From: Bispira polyomma
Taxonomy: Eukaryota
Direction of reading: 5' to 3'
Length of the DNA stretch: 64,000 bases
Assembly (NCBI GenBank): GCA_965649765.1
Contig: OZ287758.1
Span: 46,996,001-47,060,000 of the forward strand
A model generated the notes under the pieces. The model did no database searches. It was given only the letters and a program-made list of their open reading frames with translations, and was not told where the DNA came from. Shown here in pieces: positions 11,251 through 22,460 of the stretch; position 1 is the first letter of the stretch; every line of letters begins with the position of its first letter. A program made the translations under genes and the position numbers.

Positions 11251-12228
11251 CTGAAGTCTGGCCATAGTGAATATGTTCCCTGCTGTTTTAATTTTGCTAC
11301 CATTCTGAGATGTCTGTGTTAGAATTGGCAGCCATTTAAAATGGCGGCCCGGCAATATTACCATTTATTTTTGTAGTATTGGGAAAGAAGGCATATAGAA
11401 ATAAAACACACTGAAGCATTTGCCATGTAATCACGTTATTCATAATAATAATAATAGTTTTTTTTCCCGTTCTAATAATACATAAAAAAGACATACAGAT
11501 GAATAAAACAAACATGCAAACAGAATTACATATCATTATGAAAAAAGATGAATGAAAAAATATACACTTGCATTATTTCATGATAATTAGTACACAAAAA
11601 AAATATTAATTTTAATTATGTCTTGCTTGCTAAAATATGAACAGTTGGTGTCACTCATAAGTAAGAGGTCTCTAATATTTCAAGCTATCATTTCATTGTA
11701 ATCAGGCTCAGGAATGGTACAAACATTCTCAAGCTGAACATTGCAAATTTTAAAGAAATCACATCTATTTATAAAACAGAACAAATCAAACTTAAATTAT
11801 TACTAGCAGATGAACATCTTCCTTGTTTAACTTGCTTGTAGCACAGATTTACAGCTGAGTTGTTTGATGACATAACATTGTTATAAAACTTAATGAACTC
11901 TAGTACAACTGTGTGTCAATAGGATAATCATTTACAAACTAATGTAAAAGAGTTGTGACAGAGATTATCTAATTTCAAAACTTTTCGGATAAACCGTCTC
12001 CAACTGGTATAAAACAACTTCACATCTGGGGAGGTAAAATCCTACAAAACGCACCCATATAGGGGCATATAAAAAGTCTTAAATGGCTGATATTGAAATG
12101 AAATCTCATTAAACAAAGAACAAACATAATTTATCATACATGTAAATTCAGTTGTACAATTCAGAATATTTAGATTGTTTACATTGTCTCCTCTCAGTAC
12201 ACCAAGATGCTTTTCATTATTAAATAAT

Positions 12229-14212
12229 TAAGCGTCCCTTGAAAAGGGCGCTTATTTGGTTTCACCCCTGGTTTCCTCGCCGCCGCCGCCGCCGCCGCAC
12301 GGTCTTCCTTGAATATCTCCTTCAAAATTATCTGCATCAAAATTATTTTTGGCAGTTCTCTTAACCAGGAGTGGGAAATTCTTTTCATATTCTTGGCTTT
12401 GAACTTTGGCCTACTTAAATGTCAGGTGACCCTGGGGGTGTAAAAGTGCTTGTCACTAGGTTTTCTCAAAAAGTATTCATCGTAGCTTAATGAAATTTGG
12501 TATGTACCTTGGTAAGGCAATTTTCAGGACGGGAGACGCTGATTAGATTAATCGGATGATAATTGACCGATTGCCAACGGATTGATTTTTATTGAAATGC
12601 GAAAAATCGGTACTTTTTCGGAAATTATTGGGATTTCGGCTTTTTCTTGGTATAAGTTATTCATCTACTTTTTGATTTTATGTATGATGTAAAAATTTCA
12701 CAGTTTTAAGTCCAGTACTCAGTGAGTACCGAGTACTTCAAATGAGTATTTTGCTCTATTTTGCTCTATCTTGCACTTTTATCAACTTTTCTTTTGAAGT
12801 ACTTGTCATAGTTCAATGAAATTTCGCATGCACATTGCAAATACCAAAGCATAGATGTCCGTAAATTTTTAGATCAATCTGGTGATAATTGACAGATTGA
12901 CAGGGTCGATCAATCATACAAAATTGGGAAAAAAATGTGTTGATGGGTGCTTTTTTGAGCGTGTGAGGATTTTTTTAATTTTTAATTTTAGACCAGTACA
13001 TGCAGCGCGTAACTTTTAAAGAATGGCCTGAATTTTTAATTATTTTTTACCCCATCCAAAAATATGCGATCGTTGCTGATATAAAACGATTTTAATTTCA
13101 AAAATTTAAAAAATTAAGGTTTTTTTAAAATGTCCATTATCTCTGAAACGGTGCTAGATAGAGTGATTTTGAGCTCATTTTCGACCCACAGGGTTGATTT
13201 TGCTCATACGTAAACTTTTAAAAAAATTTCAATTTTGGCGGCCATCTTGAATTTCTGCGTCTTTTTCAAAAACGTCTGTTATCTCGGAAACGGTGCTAGA
13301 TAGAGTGATTTTGAGCTCATTTTCGACCCACAGGGTTGATTTTGCTTGTACGTAAACTTTTAAAAAAATTTCAATTTTGGTGGCCATCTTAAATTTCTGC
13401 GTCTTTTTCAAAAACGTCCGTTATCTCGGAAACAGTGCTAGATAGAGTGATTTTGAGCTCATTTTCGACCCACAGGATTGATTTTGCTTATACGTAAACT
13501 TTTAAAAAATTTTCAATTTTGGCGGCCATCTTGAATTTCTGCATCTTTTTTGAAAATGTCTGTTATCTCGGAAACGGTGCTAGATAGAGTGATTTTGAGC
13601 TCATTTTCGACCCACAGGGTTGATTTTGCTTATCCATAAACTTGTAAAAAATTTTCAGTTTTGGCGGCCATCTTGAATTTCTGCGTCATTTTAGAAAACG
13701 TCCGTTATCTCGGAAACGGTGCTAGATAGAGCGATTTCGAGCTCATTTTCGATCTACAGGGTTGATTTTACTTATATGTAAACTTTTTTAAAAATTTTAA
13801 TTTTGTCGGCCATCTTGAATTTCTGCGTCTTTTTCAAAAATGTCATTTATCTTGAAAACAGTGCTAGATAGACCGATTTCCAGCTCATTTTCAATCCACA
13901 GGGTTGATTTTGCTTATATTTAAACTTTTAAAAAAATGTTACATTTTGGTGGCTATCTTGAATTTCTGCGTCTTTTTCGAAAATGTCCATTATCTCAGAA
14001 ACGGTGCTAGATAGAGCGATTTCAAGCTCCTTTTCGACTCATAGGGCTGTTTTTTCTTTTATGTAAATTTTTATTGTAATTTTTGATTTGGGCAACAATC
14101 TTCAATTTCTGCGTCTTTTTATAAAACGTCTGTTATCTCGGAAATGGTGATCCTTTTCGAGCTTACATTGACCAAAAGTGCTTCGTTTTTGTTATCAAAA
14201 ACCGTTTTCTAG
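12229..14212 (+). mobile_element. Non-autonomous Helitron/Helentron-like element carrying a 142-bp satellite
   Basis: 5' hairpin taagcgtccctt-gaa-aagggcgctta (12229-12254) and a (gcc)n microsatellite at about 12279-12297. 3' hairpin gtttttg-ttat-caaaaac, then CTAG (14209-14212). Inserted in a T run with no TSD, and removing it restores the LINE reading frame. Confidence 0.85.
13130..14150. repeat. Tandem array, about 7 units of 142 bp
   Basis: gtgctagataga recurs at 13151, 13293, 13435, 13577, 13719, 13861 and 14004. Confidence 0.95.
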
Positions 14213-16409
14213 TTTAATATAAGTATTATTAACAACTGTATAGTATTATGTTTATCACCAAATGCAAGCACCTTTGTCTTTTCTTTATTAAACACAATAT
14301 CATACTCTTTGCTAAAATTATCTGTTATTTCATACATTTTATCAGTTCCATAGCATTTTGGGCTCAATAAAATTATATCATCTGCATAAGCGAAGCAACC
14401 CATAAATTTATCACCAATATGGCAGCCAAACTGAGATGCTTGTAGTATTAACAATAATTCATCACTATATATATATATATATATACCAAAAACATGGGAA
14501 ATAAAACCCCACCTTGTTTAACGCCATTCTTTACAGTGAATGGTTTTGAGAAACTATTCTATTTAACATATAAAGTCTGACTAGTATATAACAAAAGCAA
14601 AAATGCGTACCTCTTTTTCTAAGCAATGTAAACAGCTTAATATAGTGAACTCTGTCAAAAGCTTTGTTGGATCAAGCAAAGTACAAAAAACTGGAGTATC
14701 ATTATTATTATAATACTGAATAACCTCATTGGTGACAAATGTGCACTGAGTACTGTCTTTAATTTTCCTAATGACTGACCAAAAATCAACACTTTTATTA
14801 CTCTTGACCTCCTTTATGGATTTGTGATAATGTGCTCTTGTAGATCTTCTTATATTAGCAAGAAGTCCATTTTTAAGGAAACCATTTTGTTTTTATACAT
14901 ATTATGACCATCCTAGTATAACTTTAGCTTGGAAGTTAATATTCTAAACACATAAAGTTTTCGAACTGGAACAAATACATGCTTGTACAACATCGTTATA
15001 AAATTTTTCAATTTTATCTATGACAATCACAATTAAGTACACCACATTTAAGAGCATCCCATGGAATATATATTTTATTTAATATCAACTTCACTTTTAT
15101 AGTTACAGAGTGATTCAGAATTTAACTTATTCCAGTTTATATATATGACAAGCATTGCTTTCACTAGGTTGTACATGGATAAAACTATGCACATATTGAG
15201 TATCAATTTTTACAGTCAAACATAAAGGGTTGTGATCAGATAAGTTATCACCATCATGTTTAACCCCTGTAATAGATGATACCTCACATAAATTATCAGT
15301 TAGAAAAAAGGGATCCAGAGTAGAAGTATGATATGTAGCTTTACTCTCATAAGTGTAATCAATTTTATCAGAATTTTTACACTGACTTAGAGATTCATTA
15401 GATAAAAAGGACTTTACACATCTTACATAAACAGACTTGTAATTTAGAAAGGTTACATTCAAATCACCACCTAGAATTATGTGACTGCACTCACATTCAG
15501 CAATAGTGCATTGTCCATAACTTCATTTGAGTTTTTAATATGGTTACATAGCATATCACAAGGCATATACACATTAATGAGAAGAATTTCAAAAGTATCT
15601 GCAATAAGTTTAAAAGTACAGTACCTTTTACTTTTTGTGGAGATAATGTTAACCTCAAATTCTTATTCCACAGGATGACACATCCACCAAAAGTTCAACC
15701 ACACAGAAGTGCATTATCGTCCATTCCAGAAATGCAATGGCAGAAAATGTTTTTAAAATTCCCCTCAATAGCTTCTACTTGAGTAGCAATGTTCTTGCCA
15801 TAGAATAATGTCACTGTCTTTCAGGAGTTCAGTAATGTATTCCACTCTGCCAGTAATAACATTGGCTGTTGTTGGATGCTAATTTGTAATCTATTAAACA
15901 GACAATCCTTAACTGGAGCAGGTGTTTTATAAGGGGATAATTTCCTGATTCCAGTGGGCCAGAATTCTTTACTGAAGAGGCTATTTAAACTAAAATACGG
16001 GAAAATGAGATCTTCTGGCTACCCATTGGAGACTTTGGGTATGTTTGTTGTAAGAGACATGTTTGTATCTTTTCTCTGCACAGTATGGCCTCTTGTGACA
16101 TCACTTGTAGCAGTATGAGGAGGACAGGGAGGCAAACTAACAGTTTGAGCCCAGGTTTTCGATGCATCTGCTCTTTCATGGCTATTTTGCTCCATTCTGT
16201 TTAAACAATCGATCACTGTAATGTTGTTTAGCTCTTCTGGATGAGATCAAGGAATATGTCCAAGACTGAGTGCACTGATGACTAAGTTTGGCATTTTATC
16301 AACTCTATCTAATTTTTGCAAAGCACAAATCGTATCCTAAACAGGATCGACTTTACTTATTATTTGTTATGAATACATATATTGGTTTTTTCCTACTAAT
16401 TTTCCATTA

Positions 16410-16727
16410 TCCATTCTACTCAAAGTCAGTTAAACAGTTTGGTTATAGCTTTGCTTTTGATGCTCCCATTGTTTGGAATGCTCTTCCTGGTGTGATTTGT
16501 GCGTCACCCTCTCTAGCCTCTTTTAAAAAGCAGCTTAAAACCCACCTGTACACCAAGGCATACCCACCTCAGTCTTAATCATCCCCTGGCGTTCTTTCTG
16601 GTGCTTGACATTTTGTTCTGTCCCTGGATATTGAAATTGGATCACTGTCATGGTGCTGTTGCGCCTTAGAGTCCCCTTTGTAAAGGTGAGATTAAGCACT
16701 ATAAAAGCCTAATTACAATTACAATTA
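16410..16727 (+). mobile_element. 3' fragment of an L2-type LINE
   Basis: Encodes FAFDAPIVWNALP...SLASFKKQLKTHLY, a typical L2 ORF2 C-terminus. Followed by gcgccttagag...attaagcactataaaag and an (aattac)n tail. Confidence 0.75.
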
Positions 16728-17736
16728 TTCGAACAAATTTGCTCCCCAGCATGCTAGAATAATAGAGTTTCTACTGGGTTTTTTTTTGGCATTGGATTAG
16801 AATGGAGTTATTAAAAGTGACCCCTTAAATTTAACTTTGCACTTCCCAATAAAAACCACATTTCTGTGTGTGCTAATAAGATAGTGATAAACAAGGCTGT
16901 ATGAATGACCAGTAAAACCAAGTACGTAAGACCCTTTGACCAGTACTGACTGAGCTCCACTGCACATAAAAAAAGAGTTGTTTACAGTGTTAAATGTACT
17001 AGCCAGTTCTCATTAAAAACCTGTTATGTATTAGTATGCGTCTTTGTGGTATAAGCATTTAACCAGATAATAGTTAGATAACTGCCTAATGTTCTGTACT
17101 GCTCACACCTTTGGAACAAAATGGGAACTGTGTAAAATGCAGTCATACAGTGTTTCATCATAAGTAAAGACTTGTAAGCAAGTCTATAACCTGCCTGGTC
17201 TCTTAAGCAAATGGTATGCTATGAACAACTGCTCTTATACGTTTATATAACATATGTAACATTTTCTATTGTATAATAGTATAGAAAGCCTATTTTGATA
17301 ATAATCAAATTAGATGTTTTCACATCTCTGGGCTTCTTTACTGCGTTGACTGACCTTGATCTGTCAAATTGAGTGGCCTGCTGAGTGTTTATAAGGCTTT
17401 TGTGAAACAGGGAGGTCTAGGCGTGGAGGTGTTGTCCCTGTTGGTTTTTGACCAATAGATACATGTGATGTATGACATATCTCAAACACATTTGTCTAGC
17501 ATTGTGGCAAAGCTTGTGTCCCATAAGAGTGTCAGCAACTACTGATAAGTAATCACAGTTATTTTTTTTTCGAAAGACTTCAATACTACAAGTGTACTAC
17601 AGGTAAGTGCTAAAAGCTTGTACGATGTCTTCAAAACAGTTCAGACGTCTGTTACAGTTGTCCCCTGTCGTTATTTTGGACTGTTGATGGCATGAATCAC
17701 ATTCTGTTAGTGACTATTAGTGTTGCCTTTGCTTTA

Positions 17737-17992
17737 GGGGGGCTGGGGGGGCCTAGTGGTTAGCAAGCAGTGCACTTCAAAATCACTGGTCTCTCACCTC
17801 AAGGCGGCGTGGGTTCGAATCTCGTAGATGCCTATGTGGGAAAGGTGGTAGTTCCTTACTGTGGGCCGCTTGTTTCAGTGCAGAACCTTGACCGACTGTA
17901 TGCAGTGTTTCCTCCAGAGTTTCCAACTACCCGTCCCAATATAACCTACTAAAAGGTATTATAGTGGACGTTAAATATCCAAATTCAAATTA
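17737..17992 (+). mobile_element. SINE family A, full-length copy with 15-bp TSD
   Basis: TSD gcctttgctttaggg at 17725-17739 and 17995-18009. A and B boxes and the 3' aaattcaaatt tail are present. Confidence 0.92.
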
Positions 17993-19469
17993 AAGCCTTT
18001 GCTTTAGGGTCCTGTTTAACTAACATTTAGTTTGAATTAAGCATACTGTACTTATGTGAGTAGCAAGTCAAGAAAGAAGAAGATGTTATTTATACAAGCA
18101 CGTTGTACTGAATTAAATGTATACATATTTTTTACCAGTTGCAAAACAAACTAGAAATAACTCACTGCAATTTGTTGATAGCATACATTCACATTTTGTC
18201 TCACTGTCATCACAATACAGAAAGTTTAAGGCCATACGACATTGTTCAGGAATATGTATTGAAATCACTAAAGATTTATTACTGCTCATTTTTGGAAATG
18301 GTCAATGTTGATATTTTTTCACAAAGTTAAGAGGTAAGCTCAATGTAGTATAGAGACTTTTGGAAAGGCTATAAGATGGTGATCTCATTTTCGGATTTTG
18401 AGTACACAACAATGTAGATACGTTATTTCTTACGTTGATTGAAGGCTAACTCCTTTTGGTAAATTAATATGTGGGCGGAGCTTATCCTGTTTAAACAGTT
18501 GTGACATGAACTAGACTTTCTTCAAGTCATTTTCTCTCAAGCTAGACTTTCTTCAAGTCCTTTTCTCTCAAGCATTATATTAGAGTAGTTTGACTTTGTA
18601 AATAGATACTAGTGCTGTATTTGCACAGCGAAGACTCATACACACATAGTAGAATCATAATGACTTCATGCATGGTGGATAAGGATAAAATACAAAGCCT
18701 TATGAGCCAGTCTAGACATGCACAGGCTGTGTTGAAATACCGAAGACTCCTAGATAAAAAACGATATTTTAAAATACAGGCAGGTTAAATGTTTTTAAAA
18801 AAAGCTTAAATATTTCACTAAATAGACAGCAGATAGATATCAAGAAGGTTCATTGCAATACTTGATACTACAACCAAATATACAGTACCTGTTGTTTTAT
18901 ACCAACTGTTTGTTGTGTTTGTGTATTTTAAAAAAACATACATACACGCCTAACACACTGTTATAACATTCACCAAAATGTGAATGTAATGAGACTTTTT
19001 AATAGACGTTAGACTTACGCAAGGCCATACAGGTCTTCCAGATTCAGTCCTAAACTGCAGCTACATAGCCCAGTTAAATGGATAATTAATCGATAATAGG
19101 AAGTGTTCGACAATAATGATTTTTAGCGAGATAATACAAATATTTTGGAGAAAGTCTAGGGTTGATCTAGACATTTTTCAAGGCCTTTTCTCTCAAGCAT
19201 TATATGAGGGTACTTTGACGTTCTAAATATGTTTGCTTGGATAACAACCATGGTGTGAGTATTGGTACTAATTACTAACAAATCTGTCAGTGCCATTGGC
19301 GCAAAATGGTATACAATACATGTATATATTATACCTCTGCAGAGAGTCCTCAAATTTCAGTGGCTTAGAAGTGATCACGTGACTTAGATTTTAATGGAAA
19401 GCCTCTTTCTCAAAAGGAGAGGAGGGCACTATAGAAAATTTAAGGGCATTAATTGATGTTGTACCCTAC

Positions 19470-19905
19470 TGGTGTAATAGGTTACAGATAGCTGGAGTCA
19501 CTAAAACTCACACCATAGATTTGTTTCTAGACTGGTTCCCAAGTCTTTGTATTTTATCCGTATCCACCATGCATTAAGTCATTATGATTCCACTATGTGA
19601 ATTAGGCCAGTCTTCTCAGCACCAGTATCTATTTATAAAGTAAAACTGCCCTCATATAATGTTTGAGAGAAAAAGACTTGAAGAAAGTCTAATTATTTTC
19701 AATAAAGGACTCAAGTATAATTTTTTTTATTCGGGGAAGTCTGCTGTACTGACTCTGAAGGAACTGAAGGAAAATGAAATAATATTTTTTTTTTTTTTTT
19801 TTTTTTGGGGTGGGGGGGGGGGGGGGGGGTGCCGCAGATATAACTTGTGGGAGTAGCAAATGCTGTTAGCGGCTAGTCCGACAACTTATGGGTCATAAGG
19901 GTTAA
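19470..19905. mobile_element. piggyBac-like non-autonomous element (same family as 61822-62122)
   Basis: Shares gttacagatagctggagtcacta, gaagtctgctgtact, ctgaaggaaaat and aatgctgtt.gc.gctag with 61871-62120. Ends AAGGG|TTAA. Confidence 0.55.
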
Positions 19906-20088
19906 AAAAAATGTTTTAGATTTTTTTAATAAATGAAAACAATGGTTAAACACTATCAAGGCAGGCATGCAGTTCTAACTTTCTATCGTGTACTTCATAA
20001 GATGTTCTTAACAGTGAACATAATCGGGTCCTCAGAACTATATCTATAATGTGCACATATATGTACCTACTTCTTATTTAGGAGACAG

Positions 20089-20195
20089 GGCCCGTATTCA
20101 CGAAGGGACTTAGTCAAGTCTTTGGCTTAAATCTAGCACAAATGTATAGAGAGTTAAGCCTAAGACTGGGCTAAGTCTGTTAGTGAATACCATCC
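20089..20195. mobile_element. PIF/Harbinger-type MITE (107 bp)
   Basis: TIRs ggcccgtattcacgaa / ttagtgaataccatcc, a palindromic body (gacttag / ctaagtc, ggcttaa / ttaagcc), and a 3-bp TSD CAG at 20086-20088 and 20196-20198. Confidence 0.75.
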
Positions 20196-20629
20196 CAGAT
20201 ATAATTCCAGCCTGGATGCCTGTAGATGTATTTTAATGGGAAAAGCTTGACTTCTGAGAATGTAATTCCAGCAATTTTCTTAGATAATGGCATGGTTTTT
20301 ATTTTCTGGCTAGAGAAAGGCCAACTAAAATAAAATCTCAATACTTTTTACATTTTGTTTAAATTAAAGGTTTACTGGAATTACTTTCCACTATATTAGC
20401 TATTTGATCGAATTTAAAATGTTAGTTCTACAAGTTCAATTTTTCGATGGGAATTAATGTCCAATAACCCAGCCTCGTTTTGGTTAAAATATTATCTTCT
20501 AGTGCAAATTTTGATTTATACAATACTATGTCAATCATTCTTTGTTGCAATAATTCTCATCACAGAGTTTTTTATGGTGTTGCCTACCACATGAAAACCA
20601 TAATACTAAGACCACTTGAATAGAATCGT

Positions 20630-20770
20630 GATATTTGCGTCTTAGAATCCACCTTAATAGAGACCAGGATAATACGACCACTGAAAGAGGACTGTGATAT
20701 CTGCGTCTTAGAATCAACCTAAATGGCGATTAAGCGCTGTAAAAGTTTGATTAGATAAGATACATTAGAT
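20630..20770 (+). mobile_element. L2-derived 3' end, partly duplicated
   Basis: gcgtcttagaatc occurs twice, then gattaagcgctgtaaaag and a tagat-type tail, matching 16660-16727 and 62797-62860. Confidence 0.55.
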
Positions 20771-20839
20771 TGGTGAAGAAATATTAAGGAATGGGTTGTT
20801 TGTTTCTTTCTAAATATTATTAAATAAATAACACCTCAG

Positions 20840-21740
20840 TATAGATGTTAGTGTTGGTACCAAGTCAATTGTTCCTATCTAGCCTCATGCTTGTACTGAC
20901 ATTATAGTGTTTGGAGTGTTGTTACCAAGTCTATTGTTCCTATCTAACACATGCTTGTACTGACATTATAGTGTCTGGAGTGTTGGTACTAAGTCTATTG
21001 TTTCTATATAGCCTCATGCTTGTATTGGCATTATAGTGTAGAGAGCGTTGTAACCAAGTCTATTGTTCCTATCTAGCACCATGCTTGTACTGACATTATA
21101 GTGTCTAGAGAGTTGAAACCAAGTCTATTGTTCCTATCTAGCCTCATGCTTGTACTGACATTAAAGTGTCTGGAGTGTGGTTACCGAGTCTATTGTTCCT
21201 ATGTAGTACCATTATTGTACTGACATTATAGTGTCTGGAGTGTGGTTATCAAGTCTATTGTTCCTATCTAGCACCATGCTTGTACTGACATTATAGTGTC
21301 TAGAGAGTTGAAACCAAGTCTATTGTTCCTATCTATCCTCATGCTTGTACTGACATTAAAGTGTCTGGAGTGTGGTTACCGAGTCTATTGTTCCTATGTA
21401 GTACCATTATTGTACTGACATTATAGTGTCTGGAGTGTGGTTATCAAGTCTATTGTTCCTATCTAGCACCATGCTTGTACTGACATTATAGTGTCTGGAG
21501 TGTTGTAACCAAGTCTATTGTTCCTATCTAGCATCATGCTTGTACTGACATTATAGTGTCTGGAGTGTTGTTATTAAGTCTATTGTTCCTATCTAGGATC
21601 ATGCTTGTACTGACATTATAGTGTCCAGAGTGTCATAACCAAGTCTATTGTTCCTATCTAGTACCATCCTTGTACTGACATTATAGTTGGAGTGTTGTTA
21701 TCAAGTCTATTGTTCCTATCTAGCCTCATGCTTGTACTGA
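20840..21740. repeat. 65-bp minisatellite, about 14 units (left arm)
   Basis: Unit tagtgtctggagtgttgtaaccaagtctattgttcctatctagcaccatgcttgtactgacatta. The (a/g)agtctattg motif recurs at 21121, 21186, 21251, 21316, 21381, 21446 and 21511. Confidence 0.97.
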
Positions 21741-22411
21741 TGCGTGAGGAGATAGAAAATCGCAGTAGTTATGCTAACGTTGTGAGTGGTAACTCACTAG
21801 AACAGAGGAAGTTAAACTCTAAGACCAGTCAGACATCAAAGAATACAGCAGAGGGGAGAACCAAACACAGTGAAACACATAAGAGAGATAACCACAACAG
21901 GTCTAATGATGCTGGTAATAGGCAGAGTATACAACCTTTGAGTGTTCAAGGCCAGGATAACAAGGTGGCGGGTGAGAGTCTGATGTCTGATGGGAAAGAC
22001 AGTGATGAGCAATTTAGGTTGTCTTCATACATGCTAAAACAGAAATGAAGACAAGAAATGAAGAAGAAGAAGTGGATAGTTTCTGGTAGTTCTACACAAG
22101 CAGACACCAGAGTTAGAGGAGCTCCAGAACCAGATAGACATTTGCTTTTCTTCCGTGTGGCCATAAGTACACAACTAGAGGATCTTAAAACATATATTGT
22201 TGACCGTGGTGTGACAGTGAGGTCTCTTGAGTGTGTTTCAAACATAAATGCCAAATTCAAGTCCTATAAACTAACAGTGCCAGTTTCGCAGTATCAGCAG
22301 TTGTTTGACGGTGAGCTTTGGCCAGAAGGTTTGAGAGTACGACCATTCTACTTTAAGCCAAGCAACAGAAGGAGAAACAACAGTATAACCGAGGATGAGA
22401 CTGATAAGTAG
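21741..22411 (+). pseudogene. LINE ORF1 remnant (RRM-like C-terminal domain)
   Basis: ORFs 21692-22048 and 22058-22411 are in the same frame, separated by TGA at 22046-22048. Motifs GAPEPDR and FKSYKLTV...LWPEGLRVRPF are typical of CR1/L2-group ORF1. Confidence 0.8.
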
Positions 22412-22460
22412 ACTATATTAATGTTATAAAATAACTGTATCTTTCCTAAACCCTTTAAAT

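Larger units (their letters stand above)
11440..16250 (-). mobile_element. Decayed CR1/L2-group LINE, interrupted by the Helitron-like element at 12229-14212
   Basis: APE endonuclease end HDGDNLSDH (ORF 15127-15462), RT motif GCFAYADDIILLSP (ORF 14209-14454), C-terminal FYMPLYGCVL*DF..WRR near 12080-11995, and a (tat)n tail near 11442-11457. Homologous to the LINE at 21741-25560. Many stops and deletions. Confidence 0.85.

Noticed and set aside
13130-14150. 142-bp array as CRISPR or coding repeat
   Set aside because: No spacers, a unit length not divisible by 3, and it lies inside a Helitron-like element.
20840-21740. CRISPR-like array next to a reverse transcriptase/nuclease gene
   Set aside because: The units are fully homologous 65-bp monomers with point variation rather than repeats plus unique spacers. 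The adjacent gene is a LINE ORF2, no cas genes are present, and the context is eukaryotic.
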